This document shows, in pieces, positions 10,867 to 21,319 of a stretch of 64,000 nucleotides of DNA. The first letter of the stretch is position 1, and each line of letters opens with the position of its first letter. Below the pieces are notes generated by a model. It did no database searches, was not told where the DNA came from, and was given only the letters and a program-made list of their open reading frames with translations. The stretch comes from a bacterium. GTDB taxonomy: Bacteria > UBA8248. The DNA is taken from NCBI GenBank assembly GCA_965200245.1, contig CBDATS010000008.1:96001-160000 (forward strand), given 5' to 3'. A program made the position numbers and the translations under genes.

Positions 10867-12048
10867 TTAGTGGTTCGTAGCGTTTCCGTTCAGACGGGCG
10901 GCGGCATACTCCCTGGCCCAACGATCAGCTTCAAGAATCGTATCCAGATCGTCCGCTTCCATAGTCTGGTGCGCCTCCAGGGTAGCCCCCACTATATCGG
11001 GTATATCCATGAATTTGGATGCTCCTGACAAGAACGAGGCGACGGCCACCTCGTTCGCCGCATTGAGTACGGCAGGTGCTGTTCCCCCTTCACGCATCGC
11101 GTCTTTGGCATGAGCGAGACAGGGAAATCGCTCCGGGTCCGACGCTTCGAACGTAAGAGAGCCGACCTGTGCCAAATCGAGTTTTGGGGCTTCGACAGGT
11201 AATTTTTCCGGTGAGAAAATAGCCTGTGCAATGGGAATCCTCATGTCGGGCATGCTCATTTGTGCCACGAAGCTCCCGTCCACGAACTCCACCATGGCAT
11301 GCACGATGCTCTGCGGGTGAACCAGAATGTCCACTTGCTCGGGCTTTAGGTTGAACAGCCATCTCGCTTCGATAATTTCAAGACCCTTGTTCATCATGGA
11401 CGCGGAATCAATCGTAATCTTGGGCCCCATCTTCCAGTTCGGGTGGTTCAGGGCTTCCTCGAGAGACACATGCTCCATCGCCTCAATCGAATGGTTCCGA
11501 AAAGGACCGCCCGATGCCGTCAGCACAATCCGATCCACTTCGGAATGAGGCCTGTCCGCAAGCGCCTGCGCCACGCCCGCGTGCTCACTATCTATGGGGA
11601 GCAATTCGACCATTTTGGAGAAAACGCGTGACGTCACGAGTTCTCCGGCCATGACAAGTACTTCTTTGTTTGCAAGTGCAATCGATGCGCCTACATCAAT
11701 AGCATTTAGCGTCGGTGGAAGTCCAACCGCACCCACCAGTGCGGAAACCACGAGGTCCGCGCCCGCACCCGCCGCCACTTCGCTCAAGCCCCGCTCGCCC
11801 GAAAGCAGCCTAGTTCCACTTGGAAGTGCGTCCATCATGCGTGCTGCGTCAGAGTCATCAGCCACAGATACAATTGCTGGCCGAAACTGTTTCGCTTGCT
11901 CAACGAGCCGTTCCCAGTTTTTTCCGGCTGCAAGCCCCACCACCTCTATTCTCTCGGGAAATTGAGCTACGACGTCAAGAGTATTTTCCCCGATACTGCC
12001 GGTGGAACCCAGTATGGCGACTTTTCGTGGTTTCATTTTCTGACCCAT
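10867..12048 (-). CDS. dxr: 1-deoxy-D-xylulose-5-phosphate reductoisomerase
   Basis: LGSTGSIG, LANKE, PIDSEH, HPNWKMGPKITIDSA. Confidence 0.97.
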   Translation of the reverse strand: MGQKMKPRKVAILGSTGSIGENTLDVVAQFPERIEVVGLAAGKNWERLVEQAKQFRPAIVSVADDSDAARMMDALPSGTRLLSGERGLSEVAAGAGADLVVSALVGAVGLPPTLNAIDVGASIALANKEVLVMAGELVTSRVFSKMVELLPIDSEHAGVAQALADRPHSEVDRIVLTASGGPFRNHSIEAMEHVSLEEALNHPNWKMGPKITIDSASMMNKGLEIIEARWLFNLKPEQVDILVHPQSIVHAMVEFVDGSFVAQMSMPDMRIPIAQAIFSPEKLPVEAPKLDLAQVGSLTFEASDPERFPCLAHAKDAMREGGTAPAVLNAANEVAVASFLSGASKFMDIPDIVGATLEAHQTMEADDLDTILEADRWAREYAAARLNGNATNH

Positions 12049-12065
12049 TCCCGATGTGCGTTGCC

Positions 12066-12857
12066 TTAGAACCCAATCCAGTACAAGTAACCATAAAATG
12101 CGGGACCCGCCATTAGCAAACCATCAATTCTGTCGAGTAAACCTCCATGGCCCGGAATAATGTCGGATGCGTTCTTTTTCCCGGCTGCACGTTTCAAGAT
12201 CGATTCACCTAAATCCCCTGTGAGCGCGAAAAACCCGATACATCCTGAAACGGGAATCGCGAGCCACTGGTCGGCTCCGGGAACGTCCATATACTGCGTC
12301 GTGAGGACGCCGGCAAGGACGCCTGCGACGATGCCCCCGATAGATCCTTCCACCGTTTTGCCTGGGCTGATTCTCGGCGCCAATTTGGTTTTCCCCAGTG
12401 TCTTACCGGTAATCATGGCTACGATATCATTCGCCCAGACGACAACAAACAAAAAAAAGGTCGTTTCTATGCCACTCGGTAGTGTTCTGAGAAGGGAGAT
12501 TAAACCGCCGGCACCTCCCACCCAAATCACGCAGAGAAACGACATGCCCGTCAAAGAAAGGCTTTCCCGAAAGGTCTCTACTGAAAATGCCTTGAGAAAG
12601 ACACGAAACAAAATCACTGCCGGAACCAGGACCGGCAAAACCCCGCCCACCCACACAGCCAACACAAAAGCACAGGCATCCAGGGCACCTTCCCATGCTC
12701 TCACGCGCCACCCGCACAGGTTGACCAAAGTCTGGAATTCCCAGCCTGCACGAAAAACAAGCAGAAGCACTACACTGAAAAACACAACCGGGGGAGCAAA
12801 AAACAGGACAGCGAGAATGGGCACCGCAAGCAACAGGGCACTGACAAGACGGGTCAA
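12066..12857 (-). CDS. cdsA: Phosphatidate cytidylyltransferase
   Basis: Hydrophobic; SPGKTVEG and IPGHGGLLDRIDG signature. Confidence 0.93.
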   Translation of the reverse strand: MTRLVSALLLAVPILAVLFFAPPVVFFSVVLLLVFRAGWEFQTLVNLCGWRVRAWEGALDACAFVLAVWVGGVLPVLVPAVILFRVFLKAFSVETFRESLSLTGMSFLCVIWVGGAGGLISLLRTLPSGIETTFFLFVVVWANDIVAMITGKTLGKTKLAPRISPGKTVEGSIGGIVAGVLAGVLTTQYMDVPGADQWLAIPVSGCIGFFALTGDLGESILKRAAGKKNASDIIPGHGGLLDRIDGLLMAGPAFYGYLYWIGF

Positions 12858-12860
12858 AAC

Positions 12861-13619
12861 CTAATTTCTCCGAGTCGTAAATTGCTCCTCGGTGAGACCG
12901 AATTTCCGCACACGGGACTGATACGCAAGAATGGCATCCTCGAGTTCACGTTCTCCGAATTCCGGCCACTTGATCTCGGTGAAATACAGTTCCGCATACG
13001 CCGCCTGCCAGAGGAGATAGTTCGAAAGCCTGAGTTCACCGCTGGTCCGGATCAGAAGGTCGAGCGTTGGCAAATCCGCTGTATAGAGATGGCGTTCGAT
13101 GTCGCTCTCATCGATTTCCTCAGGTTGAAGAACTCCTTTTTGAATTTCTCTGGAAATAGCCCGAGCAGCGTCGGTGATTTCGCGTCGCGCTCCATAGCTG
13201 AGAGCCAGGGTCAGGACCATCCCATCTTCACCCGCCGTTTCTTCCTTGACGCGCTGAACGATTTCGCGCGCGAACAGGGGCAGATCCTCTTCGTGGCCGA
13301 TCGTATTGAAACGGATTCCCTCGCGGAGCATCCTTTGAAGTTCGTGCTGGAGGTAGTCGGCCAGGATGTCCATGAGGGCGTCCACTTCTTCTTTGGGTCT
13401 ATTCCAATTCTCCAGAGAGAAGCTGTAGAGGGTGAGGGCTTTGACGCCGATGCGACGCGCATGCGCCACCACCTTGTCGACGGACTTCACGCCCTCGCGA
13501 TGACCGGCGACGCGGGGGAGAAATCGTTGTTGGGCCCAGCGGCCGTTTCCATCCATGATAATGCCGATATGGTCGGGAAGTCGTTCGAGATCAAGGCGTG
13601 GGTCGATGCGAGGTTCCAT
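12861..13619 (-). CDS. uppS: Undecaprenyl diphosphate synthase
   Basis: IIMDGNGRWA, FSLENWNRP, IRTSGELRLSNYLLWQ. Confidence 0.96.
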   Translation of the reverse strand: MEPRIDPRLDLERLPDHIGIIMDGNGRWAQQRFLPRVAGHREGVKSVDKVVAHARRIGVKALTLYSFSLENWNRPKEEVDALMDILADYLQHELQRMLREGIRFNTIGHEEDLPLFAREIVQRVKEETAGEDGMVLTLALSYGARREITDAARAISREIQKGVLQPEEIDESDIERHLYTADLPTLDLLIRTSGELRLSNYLLWQAAYAELYFTEIKWPEFGERELEDAILAYQSRVRKFGLTEEQFTTRRN

Positions 13620-13635
13620 ACGCACTCCGGAAAAA

Positions 13636-14190
13636 CTAGACCTCCAGAATCTCTTTCTCTTTGACCGAGAGCAAGCCGTCCAATTCGGAGACGAACTGAT
13701 CGGTGATATTTTGAACGTCGCCTTGTCCTTTCCTGAGATCATCTTCCGTAATCTCTTTGTTCTTCTGAAGGTTTTTTATACCTTCATTGCCATCGCGCCG
13801 AATGTTGCGGAGCGCGACCTTGTGTTCCTCGGTCATCTTCTTGAGCAACTTCACCATCTCCCTGCGACGTTCCTCGGTGAGCGCTGGCACAGGCACGCGG
13901 ATGATCTTGCCGTCGTTCGATGGATTGAGACCCAACTCCGCCGATTGAATCGCCTTTTCGATGTCGCCCAGGGAATTGATGTCGAATGGTTGAACGATAA
14001 TGAGTTGGGGTTCGGGCACGTTTAGCGTGGCAAGCTGGTTCAGGGGCGTAGGGGCTCCATAGTAGCCGACCATCACTCCGCTGATGAGGTTCGTGGAAGC
14101 GCGCCCGGTCCGCACGCGGGCGATCTCGGTCTTGTATGATTCCACTGTGGATTGCATTTTTTTTCGTAACGCATCAAGAACCTCATCCAT
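13636..14190 (-). CDS. frr: Ribosome recycling factor
   Basis: RTGRAS, LGLNP, LTEERRRE, RNIRRD. Confidence 0.96.
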   Translation of the reverse strand: MDEVLDALRKKMQSTVESYKTEIARVRTGRASTNLISGVMVGYYGAPTPLNQLATLNVPEPQLIIVQPFDINSLGDIEKAIQSAELGLNPSNDGKIIRVPVPALTEERRREMVKLLKKMTEEHKVALRNIRRDGNEGIKNLQKNKEITEDDLRKGQGDVQNITDQFVSELDGLLSVKEKEILEV

Positions 14191-14285
14191 GGACCTTCTC
14201 TCCCTCTTGGAAGTCCAAAATAATCATTGTGCATCCTTCATGTAAACTTCTCGCCCGCCGAATGCAGGCAACTGGCAGTGCCTCA

Positions 14286-15020
14286 TCATGCCTCGGCCGC
14301 CTTCACCAAAGTCCCCACCTTCTTTCCTTCCACCACACGGCGGATGTTGTCGGGCTTAAGCAAGTTAAAGACTATAATGGGCAAACTGTTGTCCATACAC
14401 AAGCTGACGGCGGTGGTGTCCATGACGGCAAGTTGGCGATTGAGCACCTCGATATACGTCAACCGGTCTATGAACTCGGCCGTTTCGTCCCGGTTGGGAT
14501 CTGCGGAGAACACGCCATCCACGTTCGTGGCCTTGAGGATGCACTCGGCACCCACCTCAATGGCCCTGAGACTTGCGGTGGTATCCGTCGTGAAGTAGGG
14601 ATTCCCAGTGCCGCCGGCGAAAATGACAACCCGGCCTTTTTCCATGTGGCGAATCGCGCGTCTTCTGATGTAGGACTCACACAGTTCCGCCATGTGGATG
14701 GCGCTCTGGACGCGCGTGGCGAGGTCTACTTTTTCGAGCGCGTGTTGAAGTGCCAGAGCGTTGATGACCGTGCCCAGCATGCCCATGTAGTCGGCGTTGG
14801 TGCGTTCCATTCCCGCCTCGGCGGCTGCCGCACCCCGAAAAATGTTCCCGCCGCCCACCACGATGGCGACTTCGACACCCATCTGGTGGATTTCTTTGAT
14901 TTCCTGCGCTATGTCGTCAACAACGTTGTGGTCAATCCCGTATTTCAGTTCCCCCCCCAGGGCTTCTCCTGAGAGTTTGAGTAGGATCCTCTTGAATCGC
15001 AGGTCGCCGTGCATGGACAT
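14286..15020 (-). CDS. pyrH: UMP kinase
   Basis: [29 protein letters not shown]. Confidence 0.97.
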   Translation of the reverse strand: MSMHGDLRFKRILLKLSGEALGGELKYGIDHNVVDDIAQEIKEIHQMGVEVAIVVGGGNIFRGAAAAEAGMERTNADYMGMLGTVINALALQHALEKVDLATRVQSAIHMAELCESYIRRRAIRHMEKGRVVIFAGGTGNPYFTTDTTASLRAIEVGAECILKATNVDGVFSADPNRDETAEFIDRLTYIEVLNRQLAVMDTTAVSLCMDNSLPIIVFNLLKPDNIRRVVEGKKVGTLVKAAEA

Positions 15021-15076
15021 CCCCGGAAATTTCAAGCCAATGACAGCGGGCGGCGCGAATGTAGCGTCAGCGGGGC

Positions 15077-15946
15077 TTACCCTTCACCCGACGCGGAAAG
15101 CTCTCCGAGTTGAAAGCGCGACCAGGAAGAAACCTTGATTTCCTCTCCCAATTCCGCGCTCTTGTCTTTGAGATATGCCTGAACCGTCTTGTCGGTATCC
15201 TTGACGAACTCTTGATCGAGCAGGCAAATCTCTTTTTTGTATTTATTGATGCGGCCTTCGACAATTTTCTCCAGAATGTTCTCTGGCTTTCCGGAATCCT
15301 TCTGCTGGGCAAGAAGAATTTCGCGCTCACTTTGAAGAACAACTTCCGGAATCTGTTCTTCGGACAAGAACTGGGGACTGCTTGCAGCGATGTGCATCGC
15401 CAAATCGCGCGCTGTTTCATCAAATGCGGAATTTCCCGCTTTCTCGGAAGTTTCACAACCTACCGCAAGCAAAACGCCGATTCGTCCACCCGGGTGGATA
15501 TAGGAAACCACCTTGCCAGATTCGCCGTCTCCCAAGGTGAGGCGCTCCCCGCGGGCGACGACGATGTTCTCGCCCAGCTTGGCGATGGCCTCAGTTGTCA
15601 CCTCCTTCAGCGCATCGGCGAGATCATCTCCCCCATTATTCTTCACGTGGCCGGCGACGGTTTCGAGGAGCGCATGAAAATCCTCCGTGCGGGCCACGAA
15701 ATCCGTCTCGCAGTTCACTTCGACTATGGCACCCGTGCGGCCGTCTTCACCGAGAGAAGCGTATACCTGTCCCTCGCTCGCCGCGCGCGCCGCCTTTTTG
15801 GCGGCGCTGGAAAGTCCTTTTTCACGCAAATAGCGAACCGCCTCATCAAAATTCCCTTCGTTCTGCTTGAGGGCTTCCTTGCAATCCATGATTCCTGCAC
15901 CAGTGCGCGTTCTTAATTCCTTGACCATTTGAGCGGTTACTTCCAT
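15077..15946 (-). CDS. tsf: Elongation factor Ts
   Basis: [29 protein letters not shown]. Confidence 0.97.
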   Translation of the reverse strand: MEVTAQMVKELRTRTGAGIMDCKEALKQNEGNFDEAVRYLREKGLSSAAKKAARAASEGQVYASLGEDGRTGAIVEVNCETDFVARTEDFHALLETVAGHVKNNGGDDLADALKEVTTEAIAKLGENIVVARGERLTLGDGESGKVVSYIHPGGRIGVLLAVGCETSEKAGNSAFDETARDLAMHIAASSPQFLSEEQIPEVVLQSEREILLAQQKDSGKPENILEKIVEGRINKYKKEICLLDQEFVKDTDKTVQAYLKDKSAELGEEIKVSSWSRFQLGELSASGEG

Positions 15947-16001
15947 GCTCTTCGCTTCTCCTCATGAAATCCGGCTATTGATGAAAAAATGGTTGTAATT
16001 C

Positions 16002-16787
16002 TTACGTCTTCGTTCCCTTGCCGCTCGCCGCCGCCATTATCTCAGCCGCCACCGCGTCGCCCGAGGCAACTACGGCTTCGACATCTTCGGCTCCCGTTTC
16101 CTTCCGCAAGGTTACGCCCTCGGCGATGGCCTCTGCCACACGCGACACAAAGAAGCGAATCGAACGCAAGGCGTCATCGTTGCCGGGCAATAAATAATCT
16201 ACCCCGTCGGGGTCGGAATTCGTGTCTACGACCGCGATGACGGGAATCCCCAACTTTCTGGCCTCGCGAATTGCGTTGTACTCATGACCCGTGTCGATGA
16301 CGAACATGGCTTGTGGCAGGTTGTCCATATGCTTGATGCCGCCTAGAAATTTCTCAAGCCGCGCCATGCCCTTTTCACGCCTGACCGCTTCCTTTTTTGC
16401 CAGGAGTTCGAAGGTTCCGTCGTTCTTCATCGCTTCCAGATCGAGGAGGCGCGAAATGGAATTCTTGATCGTTGAGAAATTCGTTAGAGTTCCGCCGAGC
16501 CATCGCTGGGTGACGTAGGGCATCCCCACCTTGCGGGCCTCTTCCCTGACGATCTCCTGGGCCTGTTGCTTCGTACCCACAAAAAGCACTTTCCCGCCCT
16601 TCGCGGCGATATCGCGAATCACCTCCCGGGCCGTGTTGAACAATTTGAGGGTTTTTTGAAGATCGATGATGTAAATCCCGTTTCGAGCGCCAAAAATATA
16701 AGGGCGCATCTTGGGATTCCATCGGATAGTTTTGTGCCCGAAGTGGGCACCGGCTTCCAATAACTCGCGCAGTGTAATCGGATTCAC
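16002..16787 (-). CDS. rpsB: 30S ribosomal protein S2
   Basis: [25 protein letters not shown]; GTG start at 16787 after AAGGAG. Confidence 0.97.
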   Translation of the reverse strand: MNPITLRELLEAGAHFGHKTIRWNPKMRPYIFGARNGIYIIDLQKTLKLFNTAREVIRDIAAKGGKVLFVGTKQQAQEIVREEARKVGMPYVTQRWLGGTLTNFSTIKNSISRLLDLEAMKNDGTFELLAKKEAVRREKGMARLEKFLGGIKHMDNLPQAMFVIDTGHEYNAIREARKLGIPVIAVVDTNSDPDGVDYLLPGNDDALRSIRFFVSRVAEAIAEGVTLRKETGAEDVEAVVASGDAVAAEIMAAASGKGTKT

Positions 16788-16983
16788 GGGAACGCTCCTT
16801 TTGCCCCGCCTTTCATCGAGGGGGGCCCTGCCGACCACATGGCGGATGAGGCCGAATTTTTAAACAATTGTTTTTATTTGAGTAATTCGCTGAGCAGTTC
16901 CACCGCCCCGGCGTCCGCCACTGCTCGGCGCATGGAATGTCTCACAGGACCACTTACGATTCAAGTCGACGAATCAAAAGGGC

Positions 16984-18198
16984 TCAAGTCTTGTAATCCG
17001 CGTTGAAACGCACGTATTCTGCGCTCAGATCCGTCGTCCAGAAGACCGCCTCCGCCTCGCCGACCCCCAAGCCCAGTTCGAGCCCGTATTCGGACTGTTT
17101 GAGCAAGGGAGCCAAGGCTTCGGCCCACCCCGGGACGGGCGCGCCGTCGCGCATCACTTCCACGCTCTCGAATCTTAGCGACATCTTCTCGGGTGCCAAC
17201 TCTGCGCCGCTATATCCGGCAGCTGCGAACATCCGGCCCCAGTTGGGCATCTCGCCATGAATGGCAGTTTTCACCAGCAGGCTCTCGGAAACCGACTTCG
17301 CGGCCAGATGCGCCTGATCCCTGTTGGCAGCGCCAGTTATTTTAACCTCCACTACCTTGTTCACCCCCTCTCCATCACGAACGATGGCCAAGGCCAGTTC
17401 CCTGCAAACCCGGTAAAGCCCCGCCTCGAACCTACCCAGAACTTCCGCCGATTCGAGTGCCACGCCGGTTGCACCCGTGGAGGCCAAAATTACCGTGTCG
17501 TTAGTGGAAGTATCGCCATCGATCGTCACGCAGTTGAATGTCTTGTGCACGACGGCCCGGAGGATGTTCTGGAGGTCTCCTTGCGGAACCAAGGCGTCAG
17601 TGGCGATATAGGCAAGCATCGTAGCCATGTCGGGGGCGATCATACCGGCCCCTTTGGCGATGCCGCCGATGTGGTAGGAACCCTCGGGTCCACTCACCCG
17701 CACAGCGTACTCCTTGGGTCGCGTGTCGGTCGTCATGATACCGACCGCCGCCTCTTTGCCGTTATCTGGGGAAAGGCCGGACACCAGATTAGTGATCTGG
17801 GCCTTCATGATATCGATCGGAAGCGGAGCGCCGATGAGTCCGGTGGAAGACATGGCGACCTGTGTTTCCGGGCAGTCGAACGCGTCTGCCACCTCGTCGC
17901 ACAGGTGCACGGCGTCTCGATAACCCTGCTCGCCCGTACAGGCGTTCGCATTGCCGCTATTGACGAGAAACGCCCGCAAAGGGTTTTTTCCGACCCGTTC
18001 CCTGCACAGGGAGACAGGAGCGGCGCACATCTTGTTTCGGGTGTAGACGCCCGCGGCCGTGGCCGGTGGGTCGAAGGCGAGTAGCACCATATCCGGTTTG
18101 CCGGAAGGCTTGATTCCTGCTGTCACCGAAGCGGCTAGAACACCTTCGGCCGCACAAACGCCGCCCTCAATCGCCAGCATGAATTCTTGTTCGCTCAC
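16984..18198 (-). CDS. argJ: Ornithine acetyltransferase / N-acetylglutamate synthase ArgJ
   Basis: NSGNANACTG, AKGAGMIAPDMATML autoproteolysis motif, DGDTSTND. Confidence 0.96.
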   Translation of the reverse strand: MSEQEFMLAIEGGVCAAEGVLAASVTAGIKPSGKPDMVLLAFDPPATAAGVYTRNKMCAAPVSLCRERVGKNPLRAFLVNSGNANACTGEQGYRDAVHLCDEVADAFDCPETQVAMSSTGLIGAPLPIDIMKAQITNLVSGLSPDNGKEAAVGIMTTDTRPKEYAVRVSGPEGSYHIGGIAKGAGMIAPDMATMLAYIATDALVPQGDLQNILRAVVHKTFNCVTIDGDTSTNDTVILASTGATGVALESAEVLGRFEAGLYRVCRELALAIVRDGEGVNKVVEVKITGAANRDQAHLAAKSVSESLLVKTAIHGEMPNWGRMFAAAGYSGAELAPEKMSLRFESVEVMRDGAPVPGWAEALAPLLKQSEYGLELGLGVGEAEAVFWTTDLSAEYVRFNADYKT

Positions 18199-18221
18199 AT
18201 CCAAAACCCCTTCTTTTTTGC

Positions 18222-19259
18222 TCACACCCAAAGTCCTGGGTGAAGCAGACCTTGCGCTTCGGGGAGCCCCAGCATCAGGTTCATGTTCTGTACCGCCGCT
18301 CCCGATGCGCCTTTCACCAAGTTGTCTATCGCTGCAACAATGATGAAGCGAGAGGTGCGCTCATCGTATGTCAGGCCGATGTCCACATAGTTCGAGCCGG
18401 CCACCTGCGTCACATTTGGAAACGTGCCCTCGGGCATCAAGCGGATGAACGGCTCATTTGCATAGGCGTCGTGCAGCGCCGCCCGGACCGCCGAGGCGTC
18501 GGCGCCACCTTTTCCTTTAGTGTAGATGGTCGAGAGTATCCCCCGGGTCATGGGCGCCAGATGTGGTGTGAAGGAAACTCGCAAGGTCTCGCCAAGTGCG
18601 GCGGACAACTCCTGCTCGATCTCGGGCGTATGGCGATGATTCCCCACACCATAGGCCTTGAAACCCTCGTTCACCTCGCTGAACTGAATACTCAAATCCG
18701 CTTTTCTTCCTGCACCCGAAACACCGGATTTTGCATCCACGATGATGGAATCCGGCTTGATGAGTCCCGCCCTCAAAAGCGGGGTCAGGGCGAGAATCGC
18801 CCCCGTAGGGTAACAACCTGGGTTCGCTACGAGGCGCGCTATTTTGATCTCCTCACGATACAACTCGGGCATTCCGTAGACGGCGTCCTTTATCCTTTCT
18901 GGCGAAGAGTGTTCTGTCTTGTACCAGGCCTCATAGATGCCAAAATCCCGCAAGCGGTAGTCGGCAGAAAAATCCACCACACGGTGACCAGCGCCCAGCA
19001 AGGAAGGCACGGTGCTCATCGCCACTCGATGCGGCAGACAGCAGAACACAAGGTCGGCTCCCTCGCAGACGGATAGCTCGAACTTCATAAGCGAGCCGCC
19101 GTGCACGGAAACCAAAGCCGGGAATACCTCGCCCACCGTCTTGCCGGCATAAGTCTCGGACGTGAAGGCCATCACCTCCACGCCCCCGTGGGAACCAAGG
19201 AGCCGCAACAACTCGAAACCCGTGTATCCCGTGGCACCCACCACGGCGATTTTCGACAT
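18222..19259 (-). CDS. argC: N-acetyl-gamma-glutamyl-phosphate reductase
   Basis: GATGYTG, ANPGCYPT, SGVSGAGR, DNLVKGASG. Confidence 0.97.
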   Translation of the reverse strand: MSKIAVVGATGYTGFELLRLLGSHGGVEVMAFTSETYAGKTVGEVFPALVSVHGGSLMKFELSVCEGADLVFCCLPHRVAMSTVPSLLGAGHRVVDFSADYRLRDFGIYEAWYKTEHSSPERIKDAVYGMPELYREEIKIARLVANPGCYPTGAILALTPLLRAGLIKPDSIIVDAKSGVSGAGRKADLSIQFSEVNEGFKAYGVGNHRHTPEIEQELSAALGETLRVSFTPHLAPMTRGILSTIYTKGKGGADASAVRAALHDAYANEPFIRLMPEGTFPNVTQVAGSNYVDIGLTYDERTSRFIIVAAIDNLVKGASGAAVQNMNLMLGLPEAQGLLHPGLWV

Positions 19260-19340
19260 CTCCTTATCCTCCAGAATCCTCGCTCACTCGCATCAAAACT
19301 CACTCGGAGCGTACGTTCGCTACAACCTGTTTTTTCGCAC

Positions 19341-19366
19341 AAAAAAGGGCCGGCAAAGCCAGCCCC
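19341..19366 (-). terminator. Rho-independent terminator after rplM-rpsI
   Basis: Minus strand GGGCTGGC-TTT-GCCGGCCC followed by TTTTTT, about 20 nt past the rpsI stop. Confidence 0.75.
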
Positions 19367-19386
19367 CGAATCGACCACCGCAGTGG

Positions 19387-19782
19387 TTAGCGTTTGGAGA
19401 ACTGGAAGCTCTTGCGCGCGCCTTTCAATCCATACTTTTTACGTTCTTTGACACGGGAATCGCGCGTGATTAGACCGGCTTTCTTGAGAATCGTCCGAAA
19501 TGCGGGGTCCACGCTCAACAGCGCCTTGGAAATGCCGTGCCGCAGGGCGCCCGCCTGGCCTGTGAGTCCCCCGCCCTTAACGGTGGCCCGCACGTCGTAG
19601 CTGCCCCACGTCTCGGTCAACTCAAAGGGCTGCTTTATCACCATGAGCGAGGTGTCGCGGAGAAAATACTCGTCCGCCGGCGTGTTGTTCACCAGAATCC
19701 TGCCATCGCCCGGCTCTATCCAGACGCGCGCAACGGCCGTTTTCCGTTTTCCCGTGGCATAGTGCTTCGGTATCGTGGCCAT
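19387..19782 (-). CDS. rpsI: 30S ribosomal protein S9
   Basis: [22 protein letters not shown]-terminal QFSKR. Confidence 0.97.
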   Translation of the reverse strand: MATIPKHYATGKRKTAVARVWIEPGDGRILVNNTPADEYFLRDTSLMVIKQPFELTETWGSYDVRATVKGGGLTGQAGALRHGISKALLSVDPAFRTILKKAGLITRDSRVKERKKYGLKGARKSFQFSKR

Positions 19783-19807
19783 TTCGATTTCAAAAACCTC
19801 TTGGAAT

Positions 19808-20257
19808 TCAGTCCAACTGAATAACTTCGGGGCGTTGCGCCTCATGCGGATGTTTGTCGCCCGCGTACACTTTCAGTTTTTGTAGAATAGATCGTCCCAG
19901 CTTGTTTTTCGGCAACATACCCCGCACGGCGTGTTCTATCACCCGCTCGGGATGCGTTTCCAACATGCGCGCCGCATTCACTTCATTAAGATGGCCCGGA
20001 TAGCCGGAGTGACGATAGTACTTTTTCTCCGTAAGTTTGCGGCCTGTTAGCACGATGCGCTCTGCGTTGATAATGACGACGTATTCGCCGTTGTCGACAT
20101 GCGGCGTCCAGTCGGGTTTGTGTTTGCCGCGAAGCAGTGTAGCCACGCGCGTGCAAAGACGCCCCAAGGTTTGATCCTTTGCATCAACCAGCACCCAACT
20201 GCGCTGCGCGTTGGCCTCTTCCTTCGTGAGGCTGACGGTCTTTTTGTACATTCTCAT
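19808..20257 (-). CDS. rplM: 50S ribosomal protein L13
   Basis: [28 protein letters not shown]. Confidence 0.97.
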   Translation of the reverse strand: MRMYKKTVSLTKEEANAQRSWVLVDAKDQTLGRLCTRVATLLRGKHKPDWTPHVDNGEYVVIINAERIVLTGRKLTEKKYYRHSGYPGHLNEVNAARMLETHPERVIEHAVRGMLPKNKLGRSILQKLKVYAGDKHPHEAQRPEVIQLD

Positions 20258-20419
20258 CGGTTTTTTCTCTTATTCGACCAAGCAAAAGTCTTCTCTGGAG
20301 AAGACGAAGGTGTATATAAACCCCAGATGGGCGGGCGATGTCAACTGCCTCGGAAGGAATTTTCCCATAAGGATAGCGAACAGTATATTTTATTGAATAA
20401 CCGCTCGTTGTGCCCGAAT

Positions 20420-21200
20420 TTCACAAAGGCGTAGCACGTATCCACGATGCAATATGCATGGGACATGGATGCGCTCCCTGCCGAGTATTCAGGTTTGTAA
20501 GCACGACCACGTAGCCGTGTTCACGCAGCGTTCGGAAGAAACGAACCGTGAATACACCCGTATCAGCGGAATTCCAATTTGCAGTACACAGGGGTCTGAA
20601 TAAGGACGTTTGCCCCGAGGCTCTCCAGATCGAACCAGACATCAAATACGGAATTTTCCCAGATATCGACCATCAACCAATTTTACCATCTCGGCGAACC
20701 TTGAGAAGAGGAGACGCACACGATTTGCCCGACAGTGCCCTCATACAAGGCGCGGGTGAAATCCGCGCACTCTGGCGTTGCGCTGCACAAGATTCTCGGT
20801 ATGTTTCTCGTACGGTATTTGTCGTTTCCGGGGTCCACGTACTCCGGCGAAAACGCGCGACAGAAGTCTTCTCCTGCCTGCCAGCCGCCTCAGGATACAA
20901 CGGGCAATATGAGTTCTTCGGTCGTACCCGAATAGCTGATACTCCTGGGCACGTAGAGCTGTCGCTTGTGTTGATACCACCCGATGCTCTCGACCGCTGA
21001 TTGAACGAAGGACAAATCCGGGATATGACTTTTCGCATTTTGCAGGCAGTGAACCGAGTGCAACTCGTGTCCGGCCTGACGACCCGGTAACACGCGTGCA
21101 AGAATTCCGGCGTGAGCGGAAGAGAGACGTAACCCAAACCCATTACGTATGACAGAGCCTTTTTTCTGGTTTTTGATGAGTTGCAGGAACCCTCCAAAAG
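20420..21200 (-). pseudogene. Decayed UDP-glucose/UDP-GlcNAc 6-dehydrogenase family gene
   Basis: Colinear fragments across frames: MGLGYVSLPL, KSHIPD, YSGTTEELILP, FSPEYVDPGN, AEMVKL, YSDPCV, VVVLTN, IVDTCYA; with stops, frameshifts and internal deletions. Confidence 0.8.
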
Positions 21201-21319
21201 GTAAAAAATCGGGGTTCTCTGACAACAATTGTTGTATAAAGAATAACAGAAATGATTGGCGCATATCGTTCACTTATACCGACGATAAACGGAATGTTCT
21301 CATAACGGGAGACTTAAGT

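Noticed and set aside
20287-20344. TTGACA and a small hairpin upstream of rplM
   Set aside because: Spacing to a plausible -10 element is 19-20 nt and the hairpin is short; not enough for a call
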